A stretch of 41,695 nt of DNA, taken from contig NC_068986.1 of the NCBI RefSeq assembly GCF_001194135.2, positions 4,843,441 through 4,885,135 of the forward strand, in the 5' to 3' direction. The translations under genes were made by a program, and so were the position numbers. The DNA comes from Octopus bimaculoides (Eukaryota). How positions within the stretch are numbered: position 1 is the first letter of the stretch; each line of letters opens with the position of its first letter. The notes below the pieces were generated by a model that was not told the DNA's origin, searched no databases, and saw only the letters and a list, made by a program, of their open reading frames with translations. Of the stretch, positions 36,828-41,695 are shown in pieces.

Positions 36828-36945
36828 AGACGATGGCGTCTGAAGAGAGACAAGTTTCACTCCATTATCTGTCAACCCTAATCAGATTGCCCCAAGAAAC
36901 AGTAACTTTCTGTCAAAAACTATTCAGAATTTTAAAACTCTATAT
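36828..36945 (+). CDS. Candidate first coding exon of an unidentified gene (MASEERQVSLHYLSTLIRLPQETVTFCQKLFRILKLY)
   Basis: Branch point CTAAC at 36797-36801, pyrimidine tract, AG at 36826-27, ATG at 36833 in acgATGG context; possible donors at 36902 (GTAACT) or 36946 (GTAATT). I recognise no protein family. Confidence 0.4.
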
Positions 36946-37579
36946 GTAATTGCACATTCGTTTTCCATCTTTCCAGATTACCATTATAACCTTTGATGGA
37001 TGTATAATCTACTGTAAACGGTGCAAATTTTCTTTTTTATTTTTGACTTGCCTTTCCTTCTTTTTTTCTTTCTTTCATTCATTCTTTACTAACAGAAATC
37101 TTAAATATCCAAAGCAGTTGTCATTTTCCCATCAATTTTTTCCAGCTGATGAAATTATCATCTCAACTTGGAAATTTAGTTCTTCCATCAGACAGACACC
37201 TACCTGCACCTACTGTCATCTATTCAAATGTGTAAGGACATTTACATGGAGATTTCAATACATGTGATTATTTCAATGAAATTCTTTACTGCCTTTGAAT
37301 ACTTTATTAATGAAAGATGCACAAATGACCAAGACAGCAGAGCAGTGGATATTCATCCAAGGTGTCTGGGTTTCATATCCTGTCACCAGCACTATGTTGT
37401 ATCAGAGCCTAAGACATTTACATTTCAAATGACAAAATCTCTCTTGTTGAAAATTTGCATTGCAAATTATTAAAAACTTGTTGCTGTCATCAGTGCCAAT
37501 ATTAAATTTGTCAGGTTTACAAACAGCTTATAATGTTAATCACCATATTTAATGTTATAAGCATTAAAATATATATATA

Positions 37580-38838
37580 TAGGGGTTGGACAAAATAATG
37601 GAAACATCTTAAAATTTCAAACATTTATTTTAATATGGGGTAGGACCGCCTTTGGCAGTAATTACTGCTTGAATTTTATGAGGTATGGACTCGTACAAAG
37701 TTTGAATTGTTTCCAAAGGAATTTTTATCCATTCTTCAGCTAAAACAGTCTCCAGTTCTTGTAGCGATGATGGTGGAGGATATTGACTCCTTACTTGTTT
37801 TTCTAAAATGCACCATAAATGTTCAATAACATTGAGATCTGGGGACTGTGGTGGTTTGATAAGATGTTCAACTTCACTAGAATGTTCCTTGTGCCATTCA
37901 GTAACAAATTTAGCAGTGTGAATTGGTGCATTATCCTCCTGAAAGATTGCATTTCCCTTCAGAAACAGTTCTGCAACCATAGAATGAATTTAATCAGATA
38001 AAATGCTTAAATAGTCTTGACTGTTAATTCTGCCATGAAGGGAAACCATTGGGCTGGCGGATTTTCATGATATAGCCCCCCAGATCATCACAGATCCTCC
38101 TCCATGTATAACAGTTGGAAGAAGGCAGTCTGGGTCAAATTCTTCTTTTGGCTATCTCCCCACATATATTCAGCCAGTGGTTGGAAATAAGGTAAAGGAT
38201 GACTCGTCCAAGAAAATAACTTTCTTCCACTGCTCTAGGGTCCAATTCTGTAGGATTTTACTCCACTCTAAATGTAATGTTTGTTTTTGAAAGTAAAGGT
38301 TTTCTGATTGCAACCCTCTCATGAAATCCAGCTTTGTGCAGCTCCCGGTGAACAGTTTTTGTGGAAACTGGGTTCTTGAGGTGGTCATTAAGCTCTGAGT
38401 AATTTTGGGAGCTGTACTTTTGTGATCCTTTCTAACAATTCATGTAGGTGTCCAATGGACCCTATCTGAAAGTTTTGGTTTTCTTCCAAAGTTTTGTTTC
38501 AACGAGGAGGTTTTTCCCTCTTTCTCAAAGGTTGTTACTACTTTCAAGACAGTACTTCTTGATACACCAAACATTTTGGCTGTTTTTGTTACGCTAGCTC
38601 CTGCCATATGAGCACCAACAATTTGACCTCTTTGAAAGTTTGATAGATCTGTCATTTTAATGAATTTTAATTACCTTTTTCTAATGATATCTGAAAAAAA
38701 ACCCAGCAATTTTAGCAAAACATATTAAGCAACACTAATAATAAATCAAAAAACATAAAAATAAACAAGCTTTTGATGGTTTTATAGATATTTCAAAATT
38801 ATGATGCTAGGTGTTTCCAGTATTTTGTCCAGCCCCTT
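37580..38838 (-). mobile_element. Near-complete Tc1-family transposon with DD36E transposase (37630-38655), frameshifted
   Basis: TIRs aggggttggacaaaataatggaaaca / tgtttccagtattttgtccagcccct; HTH region MTDLSNFQRGQIVG...GRKPKLS, VIFLDES, QEDNAPIH...SPDLNVIEHLW, with 36 residues between the second D and the E. Confidence 0.92.
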
Positions 38839-38849
38839 CACACTTACTT

Positions 38850-39500
38850 TGTTCTTTCTACTCTTCTTTATTTCATTCCCCCTCTCACATTTCCTGGCTT
38901 TCTCTTCTTTCTCACTTTCCCTCCCCTTTCACTTCACTCTGTCCCTTTCCTTTTTTCTTGTCCCTCCTTAATTCTTCTACCCCTCTGCCTCTTCTCTCTC
39001 CACATGACCAGTATTCGGCCAAGCCTGACTTTTCTTTCTTAGTTCAACTGCCATCCGTGCAACATCTATATTCCTCCCTATCCCTGTAATCTCTTATGTC
39101 CCTGCTGTAAGGCTTCACTTCCACACACACCAGCTTAATTTAATTCATCCTTAGTCGAAAGACACCTGTTGCTAATGTCTTTTATTTGCATTTGTATTTG
39201 TGTAACATTTCTCCATTTTTTCCGTCGTTGTTTTCGTATACATTCGCTACTTTCTTCTAAGGAATCTAGTGCTCTTAGCTTAGTTTTTCCTTGGGGCTGG
39301 CCAAATTGGAGCAATCTCAAGTGTAACCAGCCAAAATTGCAAAGATAATTTGGAACTTGACTGAAGAAAGAAAACTCCGAATGACCCGTCCTTATTATTT
39401 TTTTTTTTTTGTATAGTCTGTCTGGATGTTTTGTTGTCTCATTTTTGTATCATCTAACTGTCTGGATGTTTTACATTCTTGTCTCATTTTTGGTATTCCT
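38850..39500 (+). repeat. Probable PLE-type 3' end (pyrimidine-rich, ends at (TA)n)
   Basis: CT-rich tract, decayed CTGAAGA..GAAT..GTC motif at 39361-39390, duplicated gtctggatgtttt tail, then (TA)n. Confidence 0.35.
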
Positions 39501-39549
39501 TTATATATATATATATATATAAGTTGAAATTATGTGGTGAGGCAAAAAC

Positions 39550-39914
39550 AACATTATCTCAATGATTTATATTATTTTAATCAATTCAGTAAGTATGAAA
39601 GATAACTCTGAACTTGTTTTGGTATAATTAAACTTCTTCAGTGAAGCCTAGTCTTCACCATACTTGTTGAAGTAAGGATAAGAAAGCCACTACATATATG
39701 TACAATACTGTATGCATGTAGGCTTGTGAAATTAACATTATCTCAATGAGTTATATCATCTTAATAAATTCAACAAGTACAGAAGACAACTCCAGGCATG
39801 TTTCAGTATTATTGAACCTCCTTGGAGAAGCCTAGACTGTATCATGCTTGCTGAAGTAATGATAAGACCACTCTGTAGATGTACAATACAGTATGTAAGT
39901 AGGCTTGTAAAATT
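39550..39914. repeat. Diverged tandem duplication, period about 184 bp
   Basis: aacattatctcaatga at 39550 and 39734; gaagcctag, gtacaatac and gtaggcttgt.aaatt recur in register. Confidence 0.8.
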
Positions 39915-39976
39915 AGTATATTTAGAACAACAGAATCCTTGATGTTAATTACAGTATTAACTTGGTTATTTTTTAG

Positions 39977-40038
39977 GGTAAGGTTTGAACAAGTACAATT
40001 CCCTCAAGACACACTATATGAAGACAAAGTCTTCATAG
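39977..40038 (+). CDS. Candidate internal exon (VRFEQVQFPQDTLYEDKVFI)
   Basis: TTAAC, T-tract and AG at 39975-76; phase-compatible with the 36946 donor; the donor AG|GTGCCT is weak. Confidence 0.3.
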
Positions 40039-40424
40039 GTGCCTAATATGTTATAATAACTGGACAAGCCTGATACTTCTTGAGGAGCTTCTTAAAGCCA
40101 AAACGGCTGAATAATAATATTCTAAAGAGTTCAATATGTATTTAAGCATTGATTCAAATGACATTTGACATTTAAGCTAATGGAGAATAAATCAGAGAAA
40201 TACCAGACTGAATATCAGACTGTTTGAATATATCAGTCATGCTGGACAGTGAAATCAATAAGGACATTTCAATGGAGATATCGAAAGAGAAATACCAAAC
40301 AGTACATCAGTAATTTTAAAGTTCATACTTTTTCCAATAAGTCATCTATATAAATTAGGTTAAAAACAAAAACAAGGTTCATTGCATCAACACATTCATA
40401 TTAATGATATCTAATATATAGCTG

Positions 40425-40820
40425 AGGCCACACATATGAGAAAGGACACAGTTGATTAAACCAGCTCCAGTTCTTTACTGGTACATTATATTTCTAACCC
40501 CAGAGTGATGAAAGGTAAAGTTCGTCTCTGAGGGATTTGAACTCAGGACATAAGATGCTGGAAAAAATATTATTAAACAGTTTATCCAGCTCAGGATTCT
40601 GCCATCCTAAATAATTGCTTTTAACATAAGCACATGCCCTGAGATTTGAATGGATGAAGTCAATCTGTTAAATCAGACCCGGTACCGAACTGGTAGTTTA
40701 TTTTACTTTTCGCTGAGAAGTGTAAAATCAGCTTTGATGTGATTTGAACTCCAAATGTAAAGAGACCACAACTAAATGCCATTAAATATTTTGTCCAACA
40801 TTCCACCGATTCTGCCAGTC
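40425..40820 (-). mobile_element. Two degenerate SINE family B copies
   Basis: gatttgaactcaggac..., gatttgaactccaaatg...gattctgcca and tggtac.ttat..tt match family B. Confidence 0.65.
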
Positions 40821-40857
40821 TAACATGCTTAGAAACATTTTATTAGCAAACTAAACA

Positions 40858-41000
40858 TAGGCATGGCTGTGTAGTAAGAAGTTTGCTTCCCAACCATATG
40901 GTCTGGGTTCAGTCCCACTGCATGACACCATGACTAGGTGTCTTCTACTACAATCCAGGGCCAACCAAAGCTTTATGAGTGGAATTGATAGATAGAAAGA
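40858..41000 (+). mobile_element. SINE family A, 5' half
   Basis: ggcatggctgtgtagtaagaagtttgcttcccaacc...gggttcagtcccactgc. Confidence 0.85.
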
Positions 41001-41088
41001 CATGGGGCTATGTTGTAACTATCTTACTGGAGTTCAAAAGTTTTCTTGTTTTATGGAGAGAACATGGCTCAAATGAGTATCTGTTTAG

Positions 41089-41140
41089 GATACAATTTCA
41101 TTGGCAGAAGATGATCACGTGAATAGGCTTTGTAGTCTTT
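41089..41140 (+). CDS. Candidate internal exon (DTISLAEDDHVNRLCSL)
   Basis: ctgtttag acceptor, one open frame, consensus GTAAGT donor at 41141. Confidence 0.25.
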
Positions 41141-41650
41141 GTAAGTTTACTAGGCCCAAGTCCATCAGTTAATGTTACATGACAATATTTTTTGCCCAGA
41201 AAGTTAAGACTGACATGGTTGAACAAACCTGTCTAGTGACAGTCCCAAACAATCAGGGCTCTCTAAATTTAATCTGTCAAGTGTTAACCTGGACAGAAAT
41301 TGTTTGTATGTAGTCAATAAATATTGCTAGATTTCCTTTATTGTGTATGGGTTAGTGTTTGTGTGGCTTGTTAATGTTATTCCAGCCATGGTTTGTGTAA
41401 ATATATATATTTGAGTAGGGGAGGGGGGGTACATACAAAAGTTTCTAAGCCTATTCACGTGATCATCCTGTGCCAATCAAATTGTATCCTAAACTCGAGC
41501 TATGTTCACTCCATAAAGACAAGAGCATTTTCAAACTCTGATCAGAAGCAAGATGGCTATAGCATAGCCCCATACTTTTCTATCCCATTTAACTTTATCA
41601 GCTTAAAGACTCACAATGTATTTTCAACTTCTTATGTATGTATGTATGTA

Positions 41651-41695
<45 letters not shown>

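Noticed and set aside
1-41695. CRISPR array, rRNA or genuine tRNA genes
   Set aside because: No regularly spaced repeat-spacer array or rRNA-like sequence is present, and the tRNA-like motifs are SINE heads without complete cloverleaves.

Overview
AT-rich, gap-containing draft animal DNA, very probably an octopus or other coleoid cephalopod (inferred from the SINE repertoire and the dense (TA)n/(TG)n/(CA)n tracts). Most of the window is decayed mobile elements, and I found no intact long protein-coding ORF. Identifiable elements: at least four Penelope-like (PLE, GIY-YIG) remnants plus short PLE-type 3' ends carrying hammerhead-ribozyme (HHR) motifs, R4/Dong-like, RTE-like and CR1/L2-like LINE fragments, three tRNA-derived SINE families, a near-complete DD36E Tc1 element, other Tc1/mariner relics, a hAT relic and a hAT MITE. 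Host signals are limited to a CpG-rich, apparently bidirectional promoter at about 29.05-29.27 kb and a few short candidate + strand exons downstream of it. The most notable observations are the HHR cluster, a long low-complexity segment in frame with a GIY-YIG half-domain, telomeric repeats inside a PLE ORF, and the candidate head-to-head gene pair. All family assignments come from manual translation and motif recognition, not database searches.
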